This document shows positions 7,506 through 15,784 of a stretch of DNA of 39,284 nt, in pieces (positions within the stretch are counted from its first letter, which is position 1; every line of letters begins with the position of its first letter). The notes under the pieces are model-generated. The model was given only the letters and a program-made list of their open reading frames with translations, was not told where the DNA came from and did no database searches. Origin of the DNA: Eubacteriales bacterium (GTDB lineage Bacteria; Bacillota; Clostridia; Oscillospirales; CAG-272); assembly GCA_045613705.1 (NCBI GenBank), contig JAZLBM010000215.1:1-39284 (forward strand). The letters run 5' to 3'. The position numbers were made by a program, and so were the translations under genes.

Positions 7506-8321
7506 TTACGCCTCTTCGGATCCTGCGGCGGAGGTGTGGCACAAAAGGCGTGCCGCGGCGGCAAAGGAGATCGCAAGAAGCAGGATGGGGCGCGCGGGCT
7601 GAGAAATGCTGATGCCTCCCGCAGTGTTGCCCGCGAGGCTGTATATCAGGTTGCTGACGCCGACGGTGGTGCAAAGGAAGAAGGCCAGAAGCGTCACGCC
7701 CGTGTATACCGAAGAGCTGCGTCGTTCGGCTCTGATGCGAACCTCCGCAAGAAGGAAAAAGCAGCCGAAAAGCGAAGCAATCATCATCGGAACGGTCATA
7801 GGACCGTTTATGGTGACGGATTGATCAAAATAGAAGGATGCGGCCAAGAGAAGAAGCATCACTATGCCGGCAAAAGGAAGCCAAGGCAGTAGCGCGGCGG
7901 AAGCCGAGGCACTCTTGGTTTTATCGCCCGAACAGCCGACAAGGAAGAAAACGGCAAGCACAAGTGCCAGGATGCCTGTCAGCTTATAGAAGACAAAGGA
8001 GCTTCCCGTGGGATCGGCAAGAAGATAGACACCGCCGAAGAAGCAGGCGGCCGCGCCGAAGGTGTAGAGAATGGCCCACACGCGTTGTCTTGCAAGGGTG
8101 GAGAAGGCATCTCCGATCAAGCGCACGTCAGAAAGGGCAAATCCGGAGGCGAAGCAGAAGAGCGCTCCTGCGATCATAAATACGGTCGTTACAGTGGTAA
8201 AGGTACCGCTTTGTAAATAGCCAAGCCTCGGCTCGTACTGTGTCAGAAGACAAAAGGTTCGAAGGGCGGTTGCCGCAAGTGTTATGAGCAGTGCCGAGAT
8301 GGAGAAAATTTTAGTTTTCAT
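7506..8321 (-). CDS. Hypothetical polytopic membrane protein (about 7-8 predicted TM helices)
   Basis: 271-aa ORF with repeated 20-25-residue hydrophobic stretches (e.g. ISALLITLAATALRTFCLL, IVMLLLLAASFYF, LLAFFLCTTVGVSNLIY). No family recognised, and the SD (AAGGA) is weak. Confidence 0.6.
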   Translation of the reverse strand: MKTKIFSISALLITLAATALRTFCLLTQYEPRLGYLQSGTFTTVTTVFMIAGALFCFASGFALSDVRLIGDAFSTLARQRVWAILYTFGAAACFFGGVYLLADPTGSSFVFYKLTGILALVLAVFFLVGCSGDKTKSASASAALLPWLPFAGIVMLLLLAASFYFDQSVTINGPMTVPMMIASLFGCFFLLAEVRIRAERRSSSVYTGVTLLAFFLCTTVGVSNLIYSLAGNTAGGISISQPARPILLLAISFAAAARLLCHTSAAGSEEA

Positions 8322-8434
8322 ATATAATAACGTCCTTTGCGCTGAAATCTACCTTATATTATACCTCCGAAATGTTACCGAAGTGTGACCAACGGGTTGG
8401 TGAAAGAAAAAATGAGAAACTTTTTGTAAGACAC

Positions 8435-8463
8435 TTGACAAATGCACAAACAAATGATAATAT
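8435..8463 (+). promoter_or_regulatory. Sigma-A promoter of the arsR-family / P-type ATPase operon
   Basis: TTGACA (8435-8440), 17-nt spacer, TAATAT (8458-8463), about 35 nt upstream of ATG 8499. Confidence 0.6.
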
Positions 8464-8488
8464 GTTCATATGAACAATTATTCATATG
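8463..8488. promoter_or_regulatory. Candidate ArsR/SmtB operator (nested dyads overlapping the -10 and transcription start)
   Basis: A perfect 14-bp palindrome TGTTCATATGAACA (8463-8476) overlaps CATATGAA-N6-TTCATATG (8467-8488). It contains TGAACAatTATTCA, which resembles the TGAACA/TATTCA half-sites of SmtB/CzrA-type 12-2-12 operators. Confidence 0.6.
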
Positions 8489-8498
8489 TGGAGGATAT

Positions 8499-8825
8499 AT
8501 GAGCCATATGATAAAAAGAAATCCGAGGATGCCTGCGACGGAGCGGTTGTCAGCAATGACTACGTTCTTTAAGGCGTTGTCCGACGAAACGAGACTTAAG
8601 ATATTGTTCTCGCTGTTGGAATGTCCCAGGTGCGTTATGCATATCAGTGAGTGTGTGGAAATGAGTCAATCGGCGGTGTCCCACCAGCTTTCCATTCTGC
8701 GCGGATGCGATCTTGTGAAGGTGTCCAGAAGCGGAAAGAATCAGGTATATTCCATTTCCGACGAGCACGTTCGGTTGGTAATGGATATGGCGCATCTGCA
8801 TATTGCGGAGAAAATAGATGGATAA
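8499..8825 (+). CDS. ArsR/SmtB family metalloregulatory repressor
   Basis: Start at ATG 8499, 3 nt after GGAGGA. It has a winged HTH with the family signatures FKALSDETRLKILFSLL and SQSAVSHQLSILR, and Cys residues at ECPRCVMHISEC. Confidence 0.85.
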   Translation: MSHMIKRNPRMPATERLSAMTTFFKALSDETRLKILFSLLECPRCVMHISECVEMSQSAVSHQLSILRGCDLVKVSRSGKNQVYSISDEHVRLVMDMAHLHIAEKIDG

Positions 8826-8846
8826 AGATGAGAGGAGTGGTGGATT

Positions 8847-10922
8847 TTGTCGAATTTGGAAAAGCAACACATAAATGAAGAAAAATGCTGTCATAATCAC
8901 GAACACGAGGAGAAAGCAAAAGCCAAATATGAAGAAAAGTGTTGTCATGGAGAAAAACACAAATATGGAGAAAGGTGCTCTTGCGGCTGTGAACACGACA
9001 GCGAACACCATCATCACGAGCACGAAGATCACGGATCTTGTGGATGCGGGTGCGCTCACGATCACGACGAAAAGGTAGAAGCTGGTACGTGGATCGCCTA
9101 TGGTGTTGGCGCGCTCCTTCTGCTTGTGGCGTTCTTGGGTGAGTTTTCTGTCATCACGCGGTGGATCGGCATTCCCGCGGCACTTCTTGTGTATGCATTC
9201 TTCGGAAGAGAGGCCTGGGAGGGCGCCATTAAAAATGTGGCGCGCGGAAGGATTTTTACCGAATATACGCTTATGTGCGTTGCCACCGTTGGTGCGGCGG
9301 CGCTCCTTGAATTTGCGGATGCGGCGGCGGTTATGTACCTGTATTCCTTGGGTGAGTTGATACAAGGTCTCGCAAGTCGTAAGTCGAAGGCCAACATTGC
9401 AGAGCTGATTGATATAACGGAAGAATATATTAATAAGGTAGAAAACGGATCGATCAAGCGGATCTCCGCGTCTCGGGCGCAAATAGGTGACGTGATCAAC
9501 GTGGCGGTTGGCGAGAAGATCTCGCTTGACGGAATTATTGTTTCCGGCAACGGATTTGCGGATACTTCTGCGATTACCGGAGAAAGTGCGCCGCTGGAGC
9601 TTGTGCCCGGCGTGGCGTGTATGTCGGGTAGTGTGCTTGTGGCGGGGGCGGTTTCGCTTCGCGTGACGGAAACCTACGACAATTCTACCGCGAGCAAGCT
9701 GAAAAAGGCGATGGAACGGGCGGCTAAGCGCAAATCGCCGACGGAAAAGAGGATTGCGCGGTTTGCTCGTGTATTTACGCCGATGGCCTTCGCCTTTGCC
9801 CTTGTGTTGTTTGTGCTTTGTTTGATTTTGTGGGGTGATTTTGCGGAAGCATTGAAGGCGGCATTGATGGTTTTGGTGGTTTCTTGCCCGTGCTCCTTGG
9901 TTTTGTCGGTTCCTCTTGCCTATTTTGCCGGCATCGGACGGGCGGCGTCCCGTGGAATCGTATTCCGTGGCGGTCAGGTGATCGATAATGCGGCGTCTCT
10001 CGGAACCTTGGTTTTTGACAAAACGGGCACGCTTACCTCCTCGGAGCTTGCTTTTGACGGCGTTTGGATTGCGGATTCTTCGCCTCTGACCCGAGCGCAG
10101 GTTCTGGATGTCAGCCGATGCGCACTTGAAAAGAGTCCCCACGCGGCGGCGCGATCCTTCTGCGGCGTTTATCGCGCAAAGAAAAAGTTTTCTGTGAGCG
10201 AAGTTGAAAACGTCGGCGGGCGGGGGCTTGTTTGCCTGGTAGATGGCGTCCGCGCGGCCTTTGGCAACCGTGCGCTGCTCTGCGAAGAGGGTATTGAGGT
10301 TAAGGATTTTGGCAAAACGGCTATTTACGTGGCGGTTGGCGGTAAGCTTTGCGGTGCGCTGCTATTCAAATCCCGACTGAAGCCCGAGGCGCTGGCGGAA
10401 ATTGCTCGCGTTCGCAGAAATCACGTGGATCGTATTGTCATCATGAGCGGTGACGCGAAAAAGGCGGTGGAGGAGACCGCGGAAGAGCTTGGTGTGGCGG
10501 AATATTATGCGGAGTTGAAGCCGGACGAGAAGCTTTCCGTTCTCGAGAGCATATATGGAGAAGAGAAGAAGCGGAATAAGCGGCGCACAGTCGGTTTTTG
10601 CGGCGATGGCTTGAACGATTCTGCCGCCATTGCGAGAGCGGACGTGGGTATTGCTATGGGAAGCGGATCTGCCATTTCCGTAGAAACGGCGGACGTTGTG
10701 ATCGTGGACGATTCGATCGCTCGCGTAAATGATATGGTCGACATCGCGGAAAGCACCGTTTCCGTGGTCAATCAGAATATTTTCCTGTCTCTTGGCATCA
10801 AGCTGTTGGTGGTTTTGATCGGATTGCTGGGTCTGCGCTCTTTGGAGCTTGCTATTATTGCCGACGTTGGTGCGGCTGTCGTTACAGTTTTGAACGCTAT
10901 GAGAGCGGGAAAAAACGTGTAA
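8847..10922 (+). CDS. Heavy-metal translocating P1B-type ATPase (Zn/Cd/Co-like) with a His/Cys-rich N-terminus
   Basis: The TTG start at 8847 is the first start after the in-frame TGA at 8829-8831, with a GAGGAG SD 9 nt upstream. Motifs: ITGES, the CPC transmembrane metal site (VSCPCSLVLSVP), DKTGTLT and GDGLNDS. Confidence 0.9.
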   Translation: MSNLEKQHINEEKCCHNHEHEEKAKAKYEEKCCHGEKHKYGERCSCGCEHDSEHHHHEHEDHGSCGCGCAHDHDEKVEAGTWIAYGVGALLLLVAFLGEFSVITRWIGIPAALLVYAFFGREAWEGAIKNVARGRIFTEYTLMCVATVGAAALLEFADAAAVMYLYSLGELIQGLASRKSKANIAELIDITEEYINKVENGSIKRISASRAQIGDVINVAVGEKISLDGIIVSGNGFADTSAITGESAPLELVPGVACMSGSVLVAGAVSLRVTETYDNSTASKLKKAMERAAKRKSPTEKRIARFARVFTPMAFAFALVLFVLCLILWGDFAEALKAALMVLVVSCPCSLVLSVPLAYFAGIGRAASRGIVFRGGQVIDNAASLGTLVFDKTGTLTSSELAFDGVWIADSSPLTRAQVLDVSRCALEKSPHAAARSFCGVYRAKKKFSVSEVENVGGRGLVCLVDGVRAAFGNRALLCEEGIEVKDFGKTAIYVAVGGKLCGALLFKSRLKPEALAEIARVRRNHVDRIVIMSGDAKKAVEETAEELGVAEYYAELKPDEKLSVLESIYGEEKKRNKRRTVGFCGDGLNDSAAIARADVGIAMGSGSAISVETADVVIVDDSIARVNDMVDIAESTVSVVNQNIFLSLGIKLLVVLIGLLGLRSLELAIIADVGAAVVTVLNAMRAGKNV

Positions 10923-10975
10923 CGCCCTATATATAATATAGGTAGGGAACTTTCGCGAAAAAGAAAAATAAAATG

Positions 10976-11040
10976 GGCGCGTGCCGGCCTTTACATTTGG
11001 GAGAAAAATCTCAATGAAAGGTTGACTCGCGCCTTTTTGT
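10976..11040 (+). terminator. Possible terminator of the ATPase operon (long interrupted hairpin plus T-run)
   Basis: GGCGCG (10976-10981) pairs with CGCGCC (11028-11033). An inner CCTTT/AAAGG helix lies between them. TTTTTGTTTT follows. The loop is large, so this call is weak. Confidence 0.3.
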
Positions 11041-11127
11041 TTTGTGAGATCTGTGGAGTTGTGCACAATGCACAAAAACGAGGTGAAAAATTCTTTTCAA
11101 TTCTACAAATTTAATTTTTAAAAAACC

Positions 11128-11156
11128 TTGCAAAAACAAGAAAGTTATGATATAAT
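11128..11156 (+). promoter_or_regulatory. Candidate sigma-A promoter of the S10 ribosomal protein operon
   Basis: TTGCAA (11128-11133), 17-nt spacer, TATAAT (11151-11156). This is the only near-consensus promoter in the 545-nt gap upstream of rpsJ. Confidence 0.55.
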
Positions 11157-11468
11157 TGTAAGGCTTGATATGCGATGAAGCAAGAGGTTGCTGCTGCGGA
11201 GACGTCTGTGGCAGGTAATTCTTGTGGAGTATGTCCGTTAACCGGGCGAAAGAATTTCAAAACGCTTTGATGTGCGTTATCAAAGTTCTCCCGGAGTTTG
11301 ATCCGCAGATGCTGATGATGGGTCAAATTTCCGATTTTTATAAGAGGAACGATGGAACGCGCGGAACGGTGTTGAGGAGTTCGCCCCCATATTAAATCGC
11401 ACACACGTGTGTAGGGTCATGCAGCCTGAAGCGCGGGTGGCGAAATCTAAAAGGAGGCACGTAAAAAC
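11157..11468 (+). promoter_or_regulatory. Long 5' leader of the S10 operon (about 305 nt, untranslated, partly structured)
   Basis: This is the region between the predicted promoter and the rpsJ ATG. It contains the CTTTGAT-N7-ATCAAAG hairpin (11265-11285) and the 12-bp palindrome ACACACGTGTGT (11401-11412). The AAGGAGG SD of rpsJ is at the 3' end. Confidence 0.4.
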
Positions 11469-11780
11469 ATGGCAGTAAAGGAAAAGATCAGAGTAAGACT
11501 CAAGAGCTACGATCACACCCTCATCGACGCTGCGGCTGAGAAGGTTGTTGAAGTTGCTAAGAGAAATGGCGCTGTGGTATCCGGTCCCGTACCGCTTCCC
11601 ACTGAAAAGGAGATTGTAACCATTCTTCGCGCCGTTCACAAGTACAAGGATAGCCGTGAGCAGTTCGAGCTGCGCACTCACAAGAGACTGATTGATATCA
11701 TCAAGCCGTCTCAGAAGGTTGTCGATGCACTTATGAACATCGAGCTCCCCGCCGGTGTTGAGATCGAGGTTAAAATCTAA
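11469..11780 (+). CDS. rpsJ: 30S ribosomal protein S10
   Basis: 103 aa. [23 protein letters not shown]...[10 protein letters not shown] is canonical uS10. It is the first gene of the S10 operon. Confidence 0.97.
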   Translation: MAVKEKIRVRLKSYDHTLIDAAAEKVVEVAKRNGAVVSGPVPLPTEKEIVTILRAVHKYKDSREQFELRTHKRLIDIIKPSQKVVDALMNIELPAGVEIEVKI

Positions 11781-11920
11781 CAGTCAAGCACTCGACTGAA
11801 CATCGCACCCGTCGTAGTCAAGCACGACGCCGCGAAAGCGGTATTTGTCGGTCAAGTTGGCGTAGCCCAAACGCAGGGTAAATCCAAAACGTCAACCAAT
11901 AACCACAGGAGGAAAAACAA

Positions 11921-12550
11921 ATGAAAAAGGGTATTATCGGTAGAAAAATCGGTATGACTCAGATTTTCGACGAGGTCGGAAACGTCATTCCGGTAACGGT
12001 AATCGAGGCAGGCCCCTGCGTAGTAGCGCAGAAGAAGACTGTCGAAAACGACGGCTATGACGCCGTTCAGCTTGGTTTCATGGAAGTTAAGGAAAAGCAC
12101 ATGACCAAGGCTGAGAAAGGTCATTTTGAAAAGGCAGGAGTTGCTTCCAAGAAGCACCTCAAGGAGTTCCGTCTTGATGACTGCTCCGCACTCAACGTTG
12201 GCGACATCATTGCAGCCGATACCTTCGCCGCAGGCGATAAGGTCGACATTACAGGCATGACTAAGGGCCGCGGTTACACCGGTGCGATCAAGAGATGGAA
12301 TCTTCACAAGCTTCAGGCGACTCACGGCGTAGGTCCTATTCACCGTCAGTCCGGTTCTATGGGTGTTATCGACCCTGCAAGAATCTTCAAGAACAAGAAG
12401 ATGGCCGGTCAGTACGGTAACGAACAGGTTACCATCCTGAATCTTAAGGTTGTTAAGATCGATGCAGAGAAGAACATCATTGCTGTTAAGGGTGCCATCC
12501 CCGGTGCCAAGAACGGTATCGTGTTCATCCGCGACTCGGTCAAAGCATAA
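11921..12550 (+). CDS. rplC: 50S ribosomal protein L3
   Basis: [18 protein letters not shown]... is a canonical uL3 N-terminus. GGAGG SD, correct synteny. Confidence 0.97.
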   Translation: MKKGIIGRKIGMTQIFDEVGNVIPVTVIEAGPCVVAQKKTVENDGYDAVQLGFMEVKEKHMTKAEKGHFEKAGVASKKHLKEFRLDDCSALNVGDIIAADTFAAGDKVDITGMTKGRGYTGAIKRWNLHKLQATHGVGPIHRQSGSMGVIDPARIFKNKKMAGQYGNEQVTILNLKVVKIDAEKNIIAVKGAIPGAKNGIVFIRDSVKA

Positions 12551-12569
12551 GCGGAAGGAGGACTAAACA

Positions 12570-13193
12570 ATGCCTAGTGTAAAAGTATTGAACATGGCAG
12601 GAAACGAAGTTGGTGAGATCACACTGTCCGACGTTATCTTCGGTGCAGAGGTGAACGGAGCCGTTCTCCATGCCGCAGTCAGAGCGTATCTGATGAATCA
12701 GAGACAGGGTACTCAGTCCACTCTTACCCGTACCGAGGTATCGGGCGGCGGTAAGAAGCCCTGGAGACAGAAGGGAACCGGTAGAGCTCGTCAGGGTTCG
12801 ACCCGTGCTCCTCAGTGGACACATGGTGGCGTTGCTCTTGGCCCGAAGCCCAGAGACTACCGCGTCACGCTGAACAAGAAGACCAAGAGAGCTGCACTTT
12901 ACAGCGCGCTTTCTGCAAAGGTTGCTGAAGGAAACCTCATCGTTGTTGACGAGATCCAGTGCCCCGAGTTCAAGACCAAGACCGTTGTTAACATGCTCAA
13001 CGCTCTCGGCGCTTCCAAGAAGGCACTCATCGTTCTTCCCGAGGTTGACAAGACCGTTATCAAGAGCAGCGCAAACATCCCCGGCGTTGTAACCACTCTT
13101 TACAACACCATCAATGTTTACGACATCCTGAATGCGGACAAGTTCATCATCTCCAAGGCAGCTGTTGAAAAACTTGAGGAGGTATTCGCGTAA
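12570..13193 (+). CDS. rplD: 50S ribosomal protein L4
   Basis: Contains GGGKKPWRQKGTGRARQGSTRAPQW, the uL4 signature. Correct synteny. Confidence 0.97.
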   Translation: MPSVKVLNMAGNEVGEITLSDVIFGAEVNGAVLHAAVRAYLMNQRQGTQSTLTRTEVSGGGKKPWRQKGTGRARQGSTRAPQWTHGGVALGPKPRDYRVTLNKKTKRAALYSALSAKVAEGNLIVVDEIQCPEFKTKTVVNMLNALGASKKALIVLPEVDKTVIKSSANIPGVVTTLYNTINVYDILNADKFIISKAAVEKLEEVFA

Positions 13194-13486
13194 TGAAACT
13201 TGCACAGGATATCATCATTAAGCCTATCATTACTGAGGCGAGCATGGATATGATCGCAGAGAAGAAGTACACCTTCAAGGTCGCTGAGGATGCTACCAAG
13301 CCCGAGATCGCAAAGGCGGTTGAGGAGCTGTTCAAGGTTAACGTTCTGCGCGTTCACACCATCAATATGAAGAAGAAGCCCAAGAGACTCGGCGTTCACT
13401 TCGGATACACTTCCGAGTGGAAGAAGGCTATCGTTACCCTGAAGCCTGAATCCAAGACCATCCACTTCTTCCAACGCCTTAACTAA
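13193..13486 (+). CDS. rplW: 50S ribosomal protein L23
   Basis: The ATG overlaps the rplD stop (TAATG). KYTFKVAEDATKPEIAKAVEELFKV is typical uL23. Confidence 0.96.
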   Translation: MKLAQDIIIKPIITEASMDMIAEKKYTFKVAEDATKPEIAKAVEELFKVNVLRVHTINMKKKPKRLGVHFGYTSEWKKAIVTLKPESKTIHFFQRLN

Positions 13487-13502
13487 GTAGGAGGTTGATA
13501 GA

Positions 13503-14333
13503 ATGCCTACCATTAAGTATAATCCTACGACTCCCTCGCGTAGACATATGGCGGCTCCCAGCTTTGAGGAGATCACCAAGTTTACACCCGAGAAGAGCCT
13601 GATCGTAATCAAGAAGAAGCACGCCGGCCGTAACAGCTACGGTAAGATCACTGTTCGTCATCACGGCGGCGGCAACAAGGTTAAGTACAGAATCATCGAC
13701 TTCAAGCGTCAGAATGAGACTCCCGCTACCGTAGTTGGTGTTGAGTACGACCCCAACAGAAGCGCGTACATCGCACTTCTTCAGGATGATAACGGCAACA
13801 AGAGCTATATCATCGCTCCCGTTGGTCTTAAGGACGGTGACAAGGTTTACTCCGGTCCCGAGGCTGATATCAAGCCCGGTAACACCCTTCCTATCGCCAA
13901 CATCCCCGTTGGTACTATGATCCACAACATCGAGCTTTACCCCGGCAAGGGCGCTCAGCTCGTTCGTTCCGCAGGTGTGTTCGCACAGCTGATCGCAAAG
14001 GAGAACGGTGTGGCTCAGGTGAGACTTCCCTCCGGTGAGGTAAGAATCATCCGCCTTGATTGTAAGGCAACCATTGGTCAGGTCGGTAACATCGAGCATG
14101 ACACTGTTAAGCTCGGTAAGGCAGGTAAGACCAGACACCTGGGTATCCGTCCTACCGTACGCGGTTCCGTTATGAACCCCTGTGATCACCCTCACGGTGG
14201 TGGTGAAGGTAAGTCTCCTATCGGACGTCCTTCTCCTGTTACTCCTTGGGGTAAGCCTGCTCTGGGTTATAACACCAGAAACAAGAAGGCGAGAACAGAC
14301 AAGTTCATCGTAAAGCGCAGAAATGCTAAGTAA
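13503..14333 (+). CDS. rplB: 50S ribosomal protein L2
   Basis: 276 aa. [16 protein letters not shown] and [18 protein letters not shown] are uL2 signatures. Confidence 0.98.
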   Translation: MPTIKYNPTTPSRRHMAAPSFEEITKFTPEKSLIVIKKKHAGRNSYGKITVRHHGGGNKVKYRIIDFKRQNETPATVVGVEYDPNRSAYIALLQDDNGNKSYIIAPVGLKDGDKVYSGPEADIKPGNTLPIANIPVGTMIHNIELYPGKGAQLVRSAGVFAQLIAKENGVAQVRLPSGEVRIIRLDCKATIGQVGNIEHDTVKLGKAGKTRHLGIRPTVRGSVMNPCDHPHGGGEGKSPIGRPSPVTPWGKPALGYNTRNKKARTDKFIVKRRNAK

Positions 14334-14347
14334 GGAGGGAATATAAG

Positions 14348-14629
14348 ATGAGCAGAAGCCTTAAAAAAGCACCTTTTGTTGAAGCAAAGCTTTTTGCACG
14401 TGTTGAGGCCATGAACGCAAAGAACGAAAAGAAAGTTCTGAAGACCTGGTCCCGTGCATCTACCATATTCCCGGAATTTGTCGGTCACACGATCGCTGTT
14501 CACGACGGCAGAAAGCACGTTCCGGTTTATGTAACCGAGGATATGGTTGGTCACAAGCTCGGTGAGTTTGCACCCACCAGAACCTTTAAGGGCCATGCAG
14601 GCTCCAAGACATCCAACAACGGTAAGTAA
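14348..14629 (+). CDS. rpsS: 30S ribosomal protein S19
   Basis: [15 protein letters not shown]...[29 protein letters not shown] is canonical uS19. Confidence 0.97.
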   Translation: MSRSLKKAPFVEAKLFARVEAMNAKNEKKVLKTWSRASTIFPEFVGHTIAVHDGRKHVPVYVTEDMVGHKLGEFAPTRTFKGHAGSKTSNNGK

Positions 14630-14650
14630 TTGCAAGGAGGAATCATACAA

Positions 14651-14986
14651 ATGGAAGCAAAAGCATATCTGAAGTATGCAAGAATTTCCCCTCGCAAGGT
14701 AAAGATCGTTCTCGACCTCATCAGAGGCAAGGATGTTGGAGTTGCAATGGGAATTCTTAAGAATACACCTAAGAGCGCATCTGAGTATCTTATCAAGCTG
14801 CTCAAGAGCGCAATCGCAAATGCAGAACACAATTTCAATATGGACGTATCCCGTCTGTATGTTTCTGAGTGCTTTGTTTGCCCGGGCCCCACTCTCAAGA
14901 GAATTATGCCCCGTGCAAAGGGAAGCGCAGACAGAATCCTTAAGAGAACCAGCCACGTAACGCTGGCCGTTAAGGAAAGAGACTAA
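14651..14986 (+). CDS. rplV: 50S ribosomal protein L22
   Basis: Start moved to ATG 14651 ([27 protein letters not shown]), 7 nt after AAGGAGG. The track ORF start at 14630 abuts the rpsS stop and has no SD. Confidence 0.95.
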   Translation: MEAKAYLKYARISPRKVKIVLDLIRGKDVGVAMGILKNTPKSASEYLIKLLKSAIANAEHNFNMDVSRLYVSECFVCPGPTLKRIMPRAKGSADRILKRTSHVTLAVKERD

Positions 14987-15004
14987 GAGAGGAGGTAAGG
15001 CTAA

Positions 15005-15784
15005 ATGGGACAGAAAGTAAATCCGCACGGCCTGCGTGTCGGCGTAATTAAGAACTGGGATTCCAGATGGTTCTCCAAGGATGAGACCTTCGGTGATACC
15101 CTTGTATCTGACTACAATATCAGAAAGTACCTTAAGAACGAGCTTAAGGATGCCGGTGTTCCTAAGATCGAGATCGAGCGCGATGGTCACAGAGTTAGAG
15201 TGTTCATCCACTGCGCAAAGCCCGGTCTTGTAATCGGACGCGGCGGCTCCGAGATCGAAAAGTATAAGGCAGCTCTTGAAAAGATGGTTGGTATGCCCGT
15301 TGTTGTCAACGTTGTTGAGATCAAGCAGCCTGACCTCAATGCTCAGCTTGTAGCTGAGAACGTAGCAAAGCAGCTTGAGGGCCGTGTTGCCTTCAGACGC
15401 GCTATGAAGATGGCAATCCGTAACACCATGAGACTTGGTGCTAAGGGTATCAAGATCACTTGCTCCGGCCGTCTTGGCGGTGCAGAAATCGCAAAGGCTG
15501 AGCACTATCATGAGGGTACGATCCCGCTTCAGACTATCAGAGCGGACATCGACTACGGCTTCTGGGAAGCAAACACCACCTACGGTAAGATCGGCGTTAA
15601 GGTTTGGATCTACCGCGGTGAGGTTCTTTCCGAGGTAAACAGACCCTCCGCAAACGCTCCTCGTGATAACAGAGACCGCAAGAACTTCCGCAGAGATAAC
15701 AACAATCGCGGCGGTGAGAGACGCGGCAATAACAGGGGCGACAGAACTCCCAGAGAAGGAGGACGCAGAAATGTTAATGCCTAA
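15005..15784 (+). CDS. rpsC: 30S ribosomal protein S3 (with an Arg/Asn/Gly-rich C-terminal tail)
   Basis: [23 protein letters not shown] is a canonical uS3 N-terminus with a KH domain. At 259 aa it is longer than the usual length because of the tail from about residue 211. Confidence 0.96.
   Translation: MGQKVNPHGLRVGVIKNWDSRWFSKDETFGDTLVSDYNIRKYLKNELKDAGVPKIEIERDGHRVRVFIHCAKPGLVIGRGGSEIEKYKAALEKMVGMPVVVNVVEIKQPDLNAQLVAENVAKQLEGRVAFRRAMKMAIRNTMRLGAKGIKITCSGRLGGAEIAKAEHYHEGTIPLQTIRADIDYGFWEANTTYGKIGVKVWIYRGEVLSEVNRPSANAPRDNRDRKNFRRDNNNRGGERRGNNRGDRTPREGGRRNVNA

Noticed and set aside
8550-10142. A 530-aa ORF on the minus strand opposite the P-type ATPase. Similar long antisense or alternate-frame ORFs occur at 14267..15856, 20905..22254, 35471..36814, 37371..38639, 28976..30055, 30316..31329 and 31073..32128.
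   Set aside because: Each lies opposite, or out of frame with, a gene whose family signatures are unmistakable. Their translations are low-complexity (Arg/His/Gly/Asn-rich) with no SD or recognisable motifs. These are typical shadow ORFs of codon-biased, moderately GC-rich coding DNA.
10923-10950. An AT-rich hairpin CCTATAT-ATA-ATATAGG immediately after the ATPase stop codon.
   Set aside because: It is a weak 7-bp A/T stem with a 3-nt loop and no following T-run. That is not convincing as a terminator or as a repeat end of a mobile element.
11231-11395. A 54-codon ORF inside the S10 leader (MSVNRAKEFQNALMCVIKVLPEFDPQMLMMGQISDFYKRNDGTRGTVLRSSPPY).
   Set aside because: The only SD-like GGAG is 1 nt from the ATG, so the spacing is unusable. 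There is no family resemblance I can name. It may be a gene remnant or chance, so it is not reported as a CDS.
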